A stretch of 64,000 bases of DNA from an uncultured Clostridia bacterium (GCA_946493765.1 CAMMAZ010000004.1:403-64402), one strand, 5' to 3'; positions 34,732 through 45,267 are shown, numbered from the stretch's first letter. Made by a program: numbers and translations. The notes: generated from the letters alone by a model not told the origin.

Positions 34732-35178
34732 TTAACGTCCAACACGGCTGTAAGCTCTGACCAGCCGTTTATAATGTTTTTTGTCTGCAACGGTATAATG
34801 CCAGTTAACGGAATGGCAATGAATAATAAATCCGATCTGGTTAAAGGCGGCACAATGCTTCTTCGGAAAATGACGGTAACTTCCAAAAAATAAATTGCAG
34901 ATTTTCAAAATAGGCAAGATGTCCTGTGGCAGTTCGATCGTATTAATCATTGTGATCGATTGTTTTGGAATATGCAGCCAAACTAACCGATCTTTCTGGA
35001 AAATAAACCGGATATTTTGATAGGTCTCTACATGCAGATTCTTATCTGTCTGTTTATCTTGACTAACGGTATCTGGTTGACCCAATATATTTTTAACGTC
35101 CTGTGTTGTCATCCCATAAAAAATATCGCGATTATTTAAGACGATACCTTTAAATGGATGAATAATAATTTTAGTCAT
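34732..35178 (-). CDS. Hypothetical protein (148 aa)
   Basis: GGAGGT lies before the ATG. AT-rich gene with no recognised motif. Confidence 0.5.
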   Translation of the reverse strand: MTKIIIHPFKGIVLNNRDIFYGMTTQDVKNILGQPDTVSQDKQTDKNLHVETYQNIRFIFQKDRLVWLHIPKQSITMINTIELPQDILPILKICNLFFGSYRHFPKKHCAAFNQIGFIIHCHSVNWHYTVADKKHYKRLVRAYSRVGR

Positions 35179-35336
35179 ATTACCTCCATTTTGACCATTA
35201 TTTAGGCGATTTGCATTGCAAAATATCTCATTTTTTGATAAAACTGGATATAAACATCTTGTTTGGATTTGTGCGTTATTTTAGCATATCCGAACAGGAT
35301 ATACAATACACATAAAATAAAAAATGAGGTGTTATC

Positions 35337-35675
35337 ATGAATTTGGATTATCAGGCTTTAGGAAAACGCATCCGGTCATATCGGAAAACGAACCATATGA
35401 CACAGGCACAGCTTGGAGAAAAAGCGAGTGTGGAACCTTCCAACATTTCACACATTGAGCGCGGTGCTACAAAAGTCAGTCTGCCGACTTTGGTGAAAAT
35501 TGCCAACTCTTTAAAAGTTTCGTTGGATGATCTGCTGTATGACAGTGTGGAGAAGAATCGTCATATCTCCATAGAGGAAATTGACCGGATTTTATTCGAC
35601 TGTTCGGATAAAGAACTAAAAGCGTTAGCGGAGATTTTAAAAACGGCAAAGGGGTCGTTACGAGATTTTTTGTAA
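35337..35675 (+). CDS. XRE-family HTH regulator (112 aa)
   Basis: MTQAQLGEKASVEPSNISHIERG. Confidence 0.85.
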   Translation: MNLDYQALGKRIRSYRKTNHMTQAQLGEKASVEPSNISHIERGATKVSLPTLVKIANSLKVSLDDLLYDSVEKNRHISIEEIDRILFDCSDKELKALAEILKTAKGSLRDFL

Positions 35676-35820
35676 AAAAATGTGAATTTAATCAACTGAA
35701 TGTATCTGGCATTATATATTATATATAATTTAATCATATGTGTCAACAATAATCAATAATTATATTGTATATAAACGGTATGTATATATTGTATAATTAT
35801 ATACAAGGCGGTGATTATTG

Positions 35821-36150
35821 ATGTTCAAAGAGTCGTTTTCCGACCGGTTGGCACAACTTCGCATTGCGAAAAAAGTGTCTGCACGACAGATGAGTCTGGA
35901 CTTAGGACAAAGTGAAGGGTACATCAACAGTATAGAAAATAAGAATAGTTTACCGTCAATGGAAATATTCCACCATATTTGCGATTATCTAGAAGTTCGA
36001 CCGAAGGATTTTTTTGACTACGAGAATATAAATCCCCCAGTTGTCAATCAAATGATGACGGATATCAAAAAACTGGATGCCAAGCAATTGGAAATCGTTT
36101 CTCTGATTGTTCAGGAATTTTTAAAATCACGTGCGGCTGGCAGAAAATAA
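35821..36150 (+). CDS. XRE-family HTH regulator (109 aa)
   Basis: VSARQMSLDLGQSEGYINSIENKNSLPS. ATG follows AAGGCGGTG. Confidence 0.85.
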   Translation: MFKESFSDRLAQLRIAKKVSARQMSLDLGQSEGYINSIENKNSLPSMEIFHHICDYLEVRPKDFFDYENINPPVVNQMMTDIKKLDAKQLEIVSLIVQEFLKSRAAGRK

Positions 36151-36227
36151 GGCCAAGTCCGTTTCGGTGTAGAAATGAAGGTAAAAGCTGCAAATACGCA
36201 TGCGTATTTGCAGCTTTTGCTTTTTCC

Positions 36228-36977
36228 TTAAACTTTGAGCGCCTTCAAAAAATCAATACTGTTTTTCATATCGGCCATCGGTGTCTGTTCGACAGGGCTG
36301 TCCTGCTCGACAATAAAATATTCTGTGCCAAGCAGTTTTCCTGTTTTTATAACAGGCTCAAAGTCGATAATGCCTTTATCAAGGGAGGAAATTCTTTTTT
36401 CTCCATTGACAATGTCCAGCTGCTTTAAATGCAATAGATCCAGCCGTCCGGCATATTTGCGCAGCTGCTGCTCAATATCCACATCCGCATATTTTAGCCA
36501 GCAAATATCCAATTCAGCCAACACGAGCGGCGAACAGGACTGCATTAAAATATCATATAAATATTCACCGTTTTCCGCTTTTTCAAATTCATGCGCGTGA
36601 TTATGGTAACCGAAAATGAAACTATTCTGCGCGCACCGCTCGGCAAGAACATCCAGCCGTTTGGCGAGCGCCAGCGCATCCTGTTCGGTTTTCATATCTG
36701 CCCAAGGACAGATCATATACCGGCAGCCGCATGCGGATAAAATGTTTTTGTGGTAATCAAAATTGTTTTCCAGTTCGTCGAGAGAAATATGTGCGCTGAT
36801 CGCAGAAAGTCCTAAGTAATCCAGTTCTTTGGCAAGCGCGTCGCCGTCCATACCGCCGTAGTTTCCGGCAAACTCCACACCTTCATAGCCCATGTCGGCA
36901 ACTTGCTTGAGCGTACCCTTGTAATCTGCGTCCAGTGCATCACGAACGGAATAAAGCTGCAAATAATAAGCGTCCAT
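36228..36977 (-). CDS. Sugar phosphate isomerase/epimerase (xylose-isomerase-like TIM barrel)
   Basis: YSVRDAL..., GYEGVEFAG, HNHAHEF, LHLKQ blocks. Start at MDAYYLQLY follows AAAGGAG. The track ORF start at 37196 is an extension. Confidence 0.8.
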   Translation of the reverse strand: MDAYYLQLYSVRDALDADYKGTLKQVADMGYEGVEFAGNYGGMDGDALAKELDYLGLSAISAHISLDELENNFDYHKNILSACGCRYMICPWADMKTEQDALALAKRLDVLAERCAQNSFIFGYHNHAHEFEKAENGEYLYDILMQSCSPLVLAELDICWLKYADVDIEQQLRKYAGRLDLLHLKQLDIVNGEKRISSLDKGIIDFEPVIKTGKLLGTEYFIVEQDSPVEQTPMADMKNSIDFLKALKV

Positions 36978-37163
36978 TTTCAAAAACTCCTTTACTTCAA
37001 ATTTATTTTCATGTATAATATAACTTACTTTCTCGCATTTGTCTACAAAAATTTGGATAAAATTTTCAAATTTTAAAACTTTTAAATTTCGGACGATCAA
37101 AGACGTGGTTATAACGTTGTAATCCATCGACATGTATAATATGTTACTGAAAAAGGTGGTTAT

Positions 37164-37934
37164 ATGCAGATTTATCAAACTGTGCCATATCGCCAAGAAG
37201 AAAACAATCAGCCGGATCCATTTCTCACCCCCTATTTAATAGAGGGAGATAAAAATCCCTGTGCGCTGATCTTTCCCGGCGGCGCTTATCATGGCCTTGC
37301 ACAGCATGAAGGCCGGGATTATGCACTGTGGTTCAATTCCATCGGCATGTCCGCTTTCGTGCTGCATTACCGGGTGTATCCGTATGCCTATCCCTGTCAG
37401 CTGCTGGATGCGCAGCGGGCGGTCAAATTTATCAAAGCAAACGCTAAGGATTTTCATATTGACAAGGAAAAAATCATCATGATCGGCTCGTCCGCCGGTG
37501 GACACCTGGCGGGCATGGCGAACTGCTTTGTGTCGCAGCCGGAAAAAACAGGTGATCCGGTGGACGAGGAAGATTCTTCTGTCGCCGGACTGATCTTGTG
37601 TTATCCTGTCGTGTCGCTGACCGATTATGCACATGAAGGCACCGCATCGGCGCTTTGCGGCGAAGACATGGCACTGCGGGAAAAACTTTGTGTGCATAAA
37701 GCGGCAAAGGCAAACATGCCGCCGCTGTTTATCTGGCACACGATGGAAGACAGCACAGTAGACGTGCGCAACACATTATTGCTAGTGGCAAAATACCGCG
37801 AATTAGGGTTGCCCTGCGAAGCGCATATTTTCCCGCACGGGACGCATGGGTTAGGACTTGCAAAGGATAACGCGACGGTTTCCCAATGGAGTAAACTGTG
37901 CGAAAACTGGTTGAAAAGCAACAATTGGATTTGA
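37164..37934 (+). CDS. Alpha/beta hydrolase (esterase/lipase type)
   Basis: FPGGAY oxyanion region and GSSAGGHLA nucleophile elbow. Confidence 0.8.
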   Translation: MQIYQTVPYRQEENNQPDPFLTPYLIEGDKNPCALIFPGGAYHGLAQHEGRDYALWFNSIGMSAFVLHYRVYPYAYPCQLLDAQRAVKFIKANAKDFHIDKEKIIMIGSSAGGHLAGMANCFVSQPEKTGDPVDEEDSSVAGLILCYPVVSLTDYAHEGTASALCGEDMALREKLCVHKAAKANMPPLFIWHTMEDSTVDVRNTLLLVAKYRELGLPCEAHIFPHGTHGLGLAKDNATVSQWSKLCENWLKSNNWI

Positions 37935-37951
37935 AGAAAGGACTTAGCATC

Positions 37952-40300
37952 TTGCAAAACACAGAGTTGAAAAAGGCATTGATCCGCAAAGAATTTGAAA
38001 GAATGAACGACATGCAGTTCAAAGCAGTGGTCACCGTCAACGGACCGGTGCTGGTGCTGGCGGGTGCGGGAAGCGGCAAAACGACGGTTTTGGTCAACCG
38101 TATCGCCAATTTGATCGAACACGGCAATGCTTATTTTGCAGCGTCTTCTCCCGCATTAACAGACATGGAAAAAGCGCAGATTAAAGATTATCTGCAGGGG
38201 AGAACCACCATTGTGCCGGAAATCGAAGGGCTGCGAGACGCTGCGCCGCGGCCCTGGCAGATCCTTGCCATCACTTTCACCAACAAAGCGGCGGGAGAAC
38301 TCAAAGAACGGCTGGCGGCGATGATCCCGCAAGGCGGAGGGGACATCTGGGCCGGCACCTTTCATTCAACCTGCGGTAAAATTTTGCGCCGGTTCGGCGA
38401 CCGCATCGGCTATTCCTCCCACTTTACCATTTATGATACCGACGACACAAAGCGTGTGCTCAAAGCCTGCATGAAAGCCAATAACGTCGATGAAAAATTT
38501 TTGCCGGTCAAAGCGATTTTGGGAGAAATCAGCCGCGCGAAAGACAGTTTGATCGCACCTGCGGAATACGAACAGACCGCCGGCGCCGATTACCGGAAAA
38601 AGCAGGTCGCCGCGGTTTACAAAGCGTATCAGCAAACGCTCAAAGCGAACGACGCGATGGATTTTGACGACATGATCTTCAACACGGTGCTGCTCTTCCA
38701 ACAGGCGCCGGATGTGCTGGAGCATTATCAGGACCAGTTCCGTTATATTATGGTGGACGAATACCAGGATACCAATCATGCGCAGTATATGCTGATTAAA
38801 CTGTTGGCGGATAAATACCAAAATATCTGTGTTGTCGGGGACGACGACCAGTCGATCTACCGGTTCCGCGGCGCGACAATTGAGAATATCTTAAGTTTTG
38901 AACACCAGTATAAAAATGCGGTCACCATCCGCCTGGAACAGAATTACCGATCCACCCAGAACATCCTGTCCGCCGCTAACGGCGTGATCAAAAATAACAC
39001 GGGGCGCAAAGGCAAAACGCTCTGGACCGATAACGGCGACGGCGAAAAGGTGCAGTTATTTACCGCCGAAAACGAAAACGAAGAGGCGCGGTTTATCGCC
39101 GACACGGTTTTGGATCATATCCGCCGCGGCGGGAAATACAACGACCACGCGGTTTTATACCGGATGAACGCACAGTCCAATACCATTGAAAATGTGTTTA
39201 TGCGGCTGGGGATCCCCTACAAGGTGATCGGCGGGTTCCGGTTTTATGAACGCAAGGAAATCAAGGACGTCATGGCGTATTTGAGTTTTATCAACAACCC
39301 GAACGACGATCTGCGCTTGCGGCGGATCATCAACGAACCCAAACGCGGGATCGGCGACGCGACCATGGCGCAGGCTGCACAGATTGCGGAGGGGCTCGGC
39401 GTGCCGCTGTTTGAGGTGATTTCCAACGCGGGCGCTTATCCGGGACTTTCCCGTGCTGCCGCAAAGCTTGATGCATTTTCGGATGCGATGCGCCAGTTGA
39501 TCGAAATTGCCGAACAAATGCCGCTGTCGGAGCTGTTCGGCGCCGTTTTGGAAAAGTCGGGCTATATGGCGGCGCTGATCGCGGAAGGCAAAGAGGGAGA
39601 AGACCGCATCAACAACGTCAACGAACTTGCAACCTCGATTAAACATTATGAAACCGAAAACGACGATCCGTCTTTATCCGCCTTTTTGGAGGAAATCGCG
39701 CTGATCACCGATATGGACAGTTTCGACAGCAGCGCAGACCGCGTTGTGCTCATGACGCTGCATTCCGCCAAAGGCCTCGAATTCCCGGTCGTTTTTCTCG
39801 CTGGGATGGAAGAGGGGATTTTCCCCGGCAACCAGTCGATTTTCGCCGGAAACGAGGAAATGGAGGAAGAACGGCGATTGGCATATGTCGGGATCACCAG
39901 GGCGAAAAAAGAGCTTTATTTAACAAACGCCGGATCCAGAATGCTGTTCGGTATGACCAACCGCAACCGGCCGTCCCGGTTTTTGTCGGAGATCCCGGCG
40001 CAGCTTTTGCGGGATATTTCACCCAAACGCAAACCGGCGGCCGCTGTTTCCCACACACCGGTCTACCGCACCGGCGCACAGCAGTTTGAACGCATGACGG
40101 CGCGGACACCCAACGCACAACCCGCCCAAAAACAGACTTTTCAAGCGGGAGACCGGGTGTTGCACCGGGTGTTCGGTGAAGGAATGGTGCTCACGGCGAC
40201 GAAAATGGGCAACGACTGTCTGTTGGAGATTGCGTTTGAGAACGTCGGCACCAAAAAAATAATGGCTAATTTTGCGGGCATAACAAAATTAAAAGGTTAA
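37952..40300 (+). CDS. pcrA: ATP-dependent DNA helicase PcrA/UvrD family
   Basis: AGAGSGKTTVL, TFTNKAA, DEYQDTN, YRSTQNIL, LMTLHSAKGLEF, VGITRAK motifs. The start is uncertain: TTG at 37952 after GAAAGGA, or the in-frame GTG at 37898 that overlaps the previous gene. Confidence 0.9.
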   Translation: MQNTELKKALIRKEFERMNDMQFKAVVTVNGPVLVLAGAGSGKTTVLVNRIANLIEHGNAYFAASSPALTDMEKAQIKDYLQGRTTIVPEIEGLRDAAPRPWQILAITFTNKAAGELKERLAAMIPQGGGDIWAGTFHSTCGKILRRFGDRIGYSSHFTIYDTDDTKRVLKACMKANNVDEKFLPVKAILGEISRAKDSLIAPAEYEQTAGADYRKKQVAAVYKAYQQTLKANDAMDFDDMIFNTVLLFQQAPDVLEHYQDQFRYIMVDEYQDTNHAQYMLIKLLADKYQNICVVGDDDQSIYRFRGATIENILSFEHQYKNAVTIRLEQNYRSTQNILSAANGVIKNNTGRKGKTLWTDNGDGEKVQLFTAENENEEARFIADTVLDHIRRGGKYNDHAVLYRMNAQSNTIENVFMRLGIPYKVIGGFRFYERKEIKDVMAYLSFINNPNDDLRLRRIINEPKRGIGDATMAQAAQIAEGLGVPLFEVISNAGAYPGLSRAAAKLDAFSDAMRQLIEIAEQMPLSELFGAVLEKSGYMAALIAEGKEGEDRINNVNELATSIKHYETENDDPSLSAFLEEIALITDMDSFDSSADRVVLMTLHSAKGLEFPVVFLAGMEEGIFPGNQSIFAGNEEMEEERRLAYVGITRAKKELYLTNAGSRMLFGMTNRNRPSRFLSEIPAQLLRDISPKRKPAAAVSHTPVYRTGAQQFERMTARTPNAQPAQKQTFQAGDRVLHRVFGEGMVLTATKMGNDCLLEIAFENVGTKKIMANFAGITKLKG

Positions 40301-40319
40301 AGAAAAGGTGGCGCCAAAA

Positions 40320-41192
40320 ATGGCGGAAACAAAAACCGTGCAGATCCCGACGGAGGATTTGAAAATCCTGTGGAAAAAAAGTTTGGATCTGTTGTTGTAT
40401 TTTCAAAAAATCTGCGATGCAAACGGTCTTCGATTTTTTCTGTGCGGCGGCAGCTGTATCGGCGCCGTGCGGCACAAGGGCTTTATCCCGTGGGACGACG
40501 ACATCGATGTGTTCATGCTGCGGGAAGATTATGAAAAACTAAAGGATGTCTGGGAAAAATGTGCCGACACCAAACGGTATTCCTATCAGCGCACCTCCAA
40601 AACGGAATACACGCGTTTCCAGCACACCACCATCGGGGATGAAAACACCTGTTTTATCAAGGAACGGCAAAAGGATCTGGATATCAGCCACAGCATCCGC
40701 ATCGATGTGATACCGCTGGACGGCTGTCCGTCCTCCCGCATCCGGCGCAAAATGCAGATGCTGTGGGCGCTGTTGTTTTCATTATTTGTGGTCGGCGAAC
40801 CGCATGAGAGCCACGGAAAATTTTTAGGGTTTATCAGCCGCCTTTTGCTTTTGGGATTCAAAACCCCCGCGTCCCGCTATAAAATTTGGCGGTTTGCAGA
40901 AAAGCAGATGAGCAAATATCCGATCAAAGACTGTGAAAAGGTCACGGAGCTTTGCACCTGGTACCAGTATATGGTCAACGAATATCCGAAATCCGCTTTT
41001 GCATCAAGCATTGATATGGAATTTGAAGGACATATGCTGCCGGTGCCGGTCGGATATGATATTTATCTGAAAATGGCCTTCGGCGACTACATGCAGCTGC
41101 CCCCTCCTGAAAAACGTGTGGCAAAACATGATGTGATTTGGTATGATTTTGATCATAGCTACAAACAATATAAAGGCAGGTACTACTGTTAA
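40320..41192 (+). CDS. licD: LicD-family phosphotransferase (phosphocholine/ribitol-phosphate-type transfer to glycopolymers)
   Basis: CGGSCIGAVRHKGFIPWDDDIDVFM is the LicD signature. Confidence 0.85.
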   Translation: MAETKTVQIPTEDLKILWKKSLDLLLYFQKICDANGLRFFLCGGSCIGAVRHKGFIPWDDDIDVFMLREDYEKLKDVWEKCADTKRYSYQRTSKTEYTRFQHTTIGDENTCFIKERQKDLDISHSIRIDVIPLDGCPSSRIRRKMQMLWALLFSLFVVGEPHESHGKFLGFISRLLLLGFKTPASRYKIWRFAEKQMSKYPIKDCEKVTELCTWYQYMVNEYPKSAFASSIDMEFEGHMLPVPVGYDIYLKMAFGDYMQLPPPEKRVAKHDVIWYDFDHSYKQYKGRYYC

Positions 41193-41206
41193 TTGTTGTT
41201 TGCGGA

Positions 41207-42496
41207 GTGATTCTTATCAAAACCATCAAACAAATTTATATCACCGCCTTTTTTGTTATGCAGCTGTTGTTTCGCGCAGTGCCGATTGCAACGGCGCTGC
41301 CGTCGGTCGTCAACACGGCGCTTTACAGCCTATTTGCGCTGTTTGGCGCGCTGCTCATCGGATGGGATTTGATTCGGCGGCAGCTGCGGGCAGACATTTG
41401 GCTGCTGCTTTTCGTTGCCGTCTGCCTTGTTTCCTCGCTGCTGAATTTCCAATATGGCATAACCGACAATTTAAAAACAATTGTCTGGACCTGCATTTAC
41501 TTTTTTGTGATCTACACCTGCAGCACCTGCAATGTGGGGCTCAATTGCCTGCTGTTTTTAATCATCAACTTTTTACAGGTAGCGGTCAGCCTTGCGCAAT
41601 ATGTGCTGCATATCGGCTATGTCGCCGATTTTTCGCAGTATGACCGGTATCAGGGCTTTATCAACAACCGCCTGTTTGGTATTTTCACCGACCCGAATTA
41701 TGCGGCGGTGCTGGCGGCGATCAGTTTGTTCATATCGGTGTTCTGGATGTTCCGGATGCAATCGAAATGGCAAAAGGCGCTGCTTATTATCAACGGACTT
41801 ATTCAATATATTTTTATTTTGCTGACCGGATCGCGCACCGGTCTTGTGGTGTGCGCGGTGATCTTGTTTTTATCGGTGATTTTGTTCTTGCGCAAAAGCA
41901 AACCGCTTTTTAAAACAGCGGTTTTAGCGGTGGCGCTGACGGCAGTTTTTCTCTTTGTCTGCAAGCCGGTTACCGATTTATTATCCTTGGGATCGGAAAA
42001 GGCGTTTGGTGATAACGACACGCATTACAGTCTGGACCGGCAGGACGTGACCGAAAACACCGATATTTCCAATTCCCGCTTTGCCATGTTCAAAACCGGG
42101 TTCGACATGTTCTTGGACCGTCCGCTTTTCGGCGTTTCACCGCGTAACATTGCAAGCTATGCTGCGAAAAACTTTCCCGACAGCATTATCGCGACTTCTT
42201 CTAAACACTACACAACGGTGCACAGTTTATATGTGCAGCTGCCGGCCAGTACCGGTATTGCCGGCACGGCGGTCATGCTTGTGTTTATCATCAAAACGCT
42301 GCGAAAAATCAGGGGAATGCTGCGGCTGGAGGGAGATGCATACCAAAAGGCCTGCGCCGCCTTTATCATTTGTGCCGCCATTGCTGTTCAAGCGGCGCTA
42401 TGTCTGGATATTTTATTTGTGTCGCTCCCGTCCACAACACTGTTTTGGATGATGCTCGGCCGGTTTGAACGGCTGTCCCGCGGGAGGGATCGCTGA
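41207..42496 (+). CDS. O-antigen ligase/polymerase (Wzy-like) family membrane protein
   Basis: Polytopic. LTGSRTG and a periplasmic-loop-like region. The start codon is uncertain (GTG 41207 or ATG 41258). Confidence 0.7.
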   Translation: MILIKTIKQIYITAFFVMQLLFRAVPIATALPSVVNTALYSLFALFGALLIGWDLIRRQLRADIWLLLFVAVCLVSSLLNFQYGITDNLKTIVWTCIYFFVIYTCSTCNVGLNCLLFLIINFLQVAVSLAQYVLHIGYVADFSQYDRYQGFINNRLFGIFTDPNYAAVLAAISLFISVFWMFRMQSKWQKALLIINGLIQYIFILLTGSRTGLVVCAVILFLSVILFLRKSKPLFKTAVLAVALTAVFLFVCKPVTDLLSLGSEKAFGDNDTHYSLDRQDVTENTDISNSRFAMFKTGFDMFLDRPLFGVSPRNIASYAAKNFPDSIIATSSKHYTTVHSLYVQLPASTGIAGTAVMLVFIIKTLRKIRGMLRLEGDAYQKACAAFIICAAIAVQAALCLDILFVSLPSTTLFWMMLGRFERLSRGRDR

Positions 42497-44031
42497 TGCT
42501 GCAAACGCAGAAGACCGCGGTCAATATGATGGCAAACATCATGAACTATGCGGTGCTGACGGTTTTGAATTTGGTGGTGCGTTCGGTCTTCAACCGCACG
42601 TTGGGATTGACCGCTGCGGGACTTGATACCTTTTTTAAAAGCGCAGTTTCGTTTTTATCTTTGGCCGAAATGGGGATGAGTACCGGTTTGCTTTATAAGC
42701 TGTACCGGCCGGTGAATCAAAAGGATTATCAAAAAATCGCACAGGTCATGCATTTTTACCGCACCGCAAGCTATATCATATGCGGCGTGATCGTTTTTGC
42801 CGGCACGGTTTTGTGCTTTTGCATCCACTTCATGATCCGGGACGGGTACTCTGCGTTTTTCACCGGCAGTATTTTTTTCTTTTATGTGCTCGACACAGGC
42901 GTATCTTATCTGTGCGCACATAAACGCGCGCTTTTTAATGCAAGTCAGAAAGGATATGTTCTGCACCTTTATCATTGCGGCACCCAGACAGTGATGACCG
43001 TTTTGCAGGTCGCTGTTTTATACCTGCTGGGCCGGCGGCAGTTATATTGGGGCTTTTTGCTGTTTGCCGTTATCAAGGTTGTGCTGCGGTGGGCGGAAAA
43101 TCTGGTCATTTCGCGTAAATTCAACCGATTGTACCGCGATAAACTGCCCACCGGATGCCGGTTGCCGGGCGATGAAAAAACGGCGGTGCTTCGCAATGTC
43201 GGCGCGATGTTTTGCCATCGTATTCGCTGGTTTTGCGCAAACATGTCTGCATCCTTGATGATCCCGATGCTGGTCAGCGCCACGGTCAACGGCATTTACG
43301 GGAACTACACCCTGATTACCTCCACGCTTTTGTCTTTGACCGACAGCGTGTTTTCTGCAATCGGCGTCACCTTCGGCGGGTTATATGTGTCCTGCGATCG
43401 GGATTATGTTAAAAATCGGTTTGATTCCATTCTATTGCTCAATTATTTTTTATACTCCTTTTTCGCCTGTTCGGTTTTCAATCTGCTCCCGCCGTTTATC
43501 AAGCTGTGGCTCGGCGCCGGATCTCCTTTGTTTGACACGGGAACCTTTTTGCTGATCCTGCTTTCTTTTTATTTGACAGGCATGCGCAAAACATTGAATA
43601 TGGCCAGAGACAGCGCCGGGCTTTACAGTCCGGACAAGAAACCGGCCGTGTTCGAGGGGATCTGCGTGATCGCCTTTTCGATCCTGCTCGGTCAGTTTTT
43701 CGGCCTCAACGGTATTTTGCTCGGCGGGATTTTCAGTGCGGTCATTCCGTATATTTGTTGTCCGCTGATCGTCTACCGGCTGATTTTAAAAGCGCCGGTG
43801 AGGGGTTTCTATCTGCGGTTTTGCCTTTATGCGGTTTTAACAGCCTCACTCGCAGCCTTCACCTGGTTTTTATGCAGCCTGCTCCCGTTTTCCGGCCTTT
43901 TTGCTTTCTTGTGCAAGGGCGTGCTGTGCTGTCTCATACCCAATGCAGTCAATGGACTTATTTTTTATCGGACAAAGGAATTTCATTATTTAAAAGAAAC
44001 GATCAAAACCATTTTAAGGAGAAGCAAATGA
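42496..44031 (+). CDS. MOP/Wzx-type oligosaccharide flippase
   Basis: 511 aa with about 12-14 TM helices. Start overlaps the upstream stop (TGATG). Confidence 0.75.
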   Translation: MLQTQKTAVNMMANIMNYAVLTVLNLVVRSVFNRTLGLTAAGLDTFFKSAVSFLSLAEMGMSTGLLYKLYRPVNQKDYQKIAQVMHFYRTASYIICGVIVFAGTVLCFCIHFMIRDGYSAFFTGSIFFFYVLDTGVSYLCAHKRALFNASQKGYVLHLYHCGTQTVMTVLQVAVLYLLGRRQLYWGFLLFAVIKVVLRWAENLVISRKFNRLYRDKLPTGCRLPGDEKTAVLRNVGAMFCHRIRWFCANMSASLMIPMLVSATVNGIYGNYTLITSTLLSLTDSVFSAIGVTFGGLYVSCDRDYVKNRFDSILLLNYFLYSFFACSVFNLLPPFIKLWLGAGSPLFDTGTFLLILLSFYLTGMRKTLNMARDSAGLYSPDKKPAVFEGICVIAFSILLGQFFGLNGILLGGIFSAVIPYICCPLIVYRLILKAPVRGFYLRFCLYAVLTASLAAFTWFLCSLLPFSGLFAFLCKGVLCCLIPNAVNGLIFYRTKEFHYLKETIKTILRRSK

Positions 44032-44936
44032 ACAATGAAGTGACCACAGCAGCGTTGTGCTCCGGCTTTCTGGACATCAAAGGTGTTCGTCCGCTTTCAT
44101 TTAAAGAATGGCACCGGCTGATCGCCTGTCTGTTTCATTCCGGCATTGAAGATCCGGGTGCGCTGGACAATATGACGCTGCCGGAAATCGCAGAACTTTA
44201 CGGGATGGATAATGGGTTTGCCAAACGCATTTACACCTTGCTGCAAAAAACGGAGAAAACGAAGCAGTGCCTGCAGCAGTGCCGTTCTTGTGGGATCGGT
44301 GTGCTTGGCATGGATGACGACGATTATCCGCTGTTGCTGCTCCAACGTTTGGGAGACCGGATCCCGCCGCTGTTTTATTATGCCGGGAACAAAGCGCTTT
44401 TAAATCAGCCTGCCGTTTCGGTCACCGGCACAAGACAGGTGTCTGATGCGGGTAAACAGTTTGCGGCGGCAGCAGGGCGCCAGATTGCTAAAAGCGGGAA
44501 AGTGTTAGTGTCCGGCGGGGCTGTGGGCTGCGATACCATCGCGGAATACCATGCCACCGCTAACGGCGGCGGCGCGGTGCTGTATCTTGCAGTTTCTTTG
44601 CAAAAAGCGATGCAAAAACCAAGGTACCAAAAATTATTGCAGCAAGGGCGTTTGTGTTTGGTTGCGGATTACAATCCGTTTGTTGATTTCAGCGCACATC
44701 GCGCACTATACCGCAATCAATACATTTATCAAAGTGCCAAAGTTTCGCTTGTTTGTGAAAGCAAAGCCGGCAGCGGTGGTACATATAAAGGCGCAACAGA
44801 GGCGATTCAATCCGGTACTGCAAAGGTATTTATAAATAAAGGTATAGATAATGCCGGTAACCGGATGCTCATCAAAAACGGCGGCCGGCCAGTCACGATT
44901 TCTGAACTTAACGCGCTTTTGAAAACAACTCTTTGA
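44028..44936 (+). CDS. Divergent DprA/Smf-like (SLOG-fold) protein
   Basis: VSVTGTRQVSDAG...VLVSGGAVGCD...RNQYIY...SGGTYKGATEA aligns by eye to the DprA Rossmann blocks, but several canonical residues are changed. ATGA overlap with the flippase gene. Confidence 0.6.
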   Translation: MNNEVTTAALCSGFLDIKGVRPLSFKEWHRLIACLFHSGIEDPGALDNMTLPEIAELYGMDNGFAKRIYTLLQKTEKTKQCLQQCRSCGIGVLGMDDDDYPLLLLQRLGDRIPPLFYYAGNKALLNQPAVSVTGTRQVSDAGKQFAAAAGRQIAKSGKVLVSGGAVGCDTIAEYHATANGGGAVLYLAVSLQKAMQKPRYQKLLQQGRLCLVADYNPFVDFSAHRALYRNQYIYQSAKVSLVCESKAGSGGTYKGATEAIQSGTAKVFINKGIDNAGNRMLIKNGGRPVTISELNALLKTTL

Positions 44937-45267
44937 CACTGATCGCAATCAGACACAATCCGAAAATTTTTCGCAGCATATCACCGCCAAGTATCGTGGA
45001 CAAGTAAGCACCGAGCACGGCACCCGCAATACCGAAAAGAGCCGTGAACAGGCAGACCCGTTTGTCGATAACGCCCTTTTTGACGTAGATCCACACGCTG
45101 AAAACAGCAACGGGAATAAAAAACAAAAGGTTGATTCCCTGTGCGCCGATTTGATTCACACCGAGAAAAAGCGTTAAAAAAATAATCAGGATCCCACCGC
45201 CGCCGATGCCCATGGCGCCGATCACGCCGGATAAAAATCCGGCAATGGCGAACATGATAAAATCCAT
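44908..45267 (-). CDS. TauE/SafE-type half-size membrane protein (119 aa)
   Basis: Four TM helices and a GxGGG(I/M)L motif. Confidence 0.65.
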   Translation of the reverse strand: MDFIMFAIAGFLSGVIGAMGIGGGGILIIFLTLFLGVNQIGAQGINLLFFIPVAVFSVWIYVKKGVIDKRVCLFTALFGIAGAVLGAYLSTILGGDMLRKIFGLCLIAISVKELFSKAR

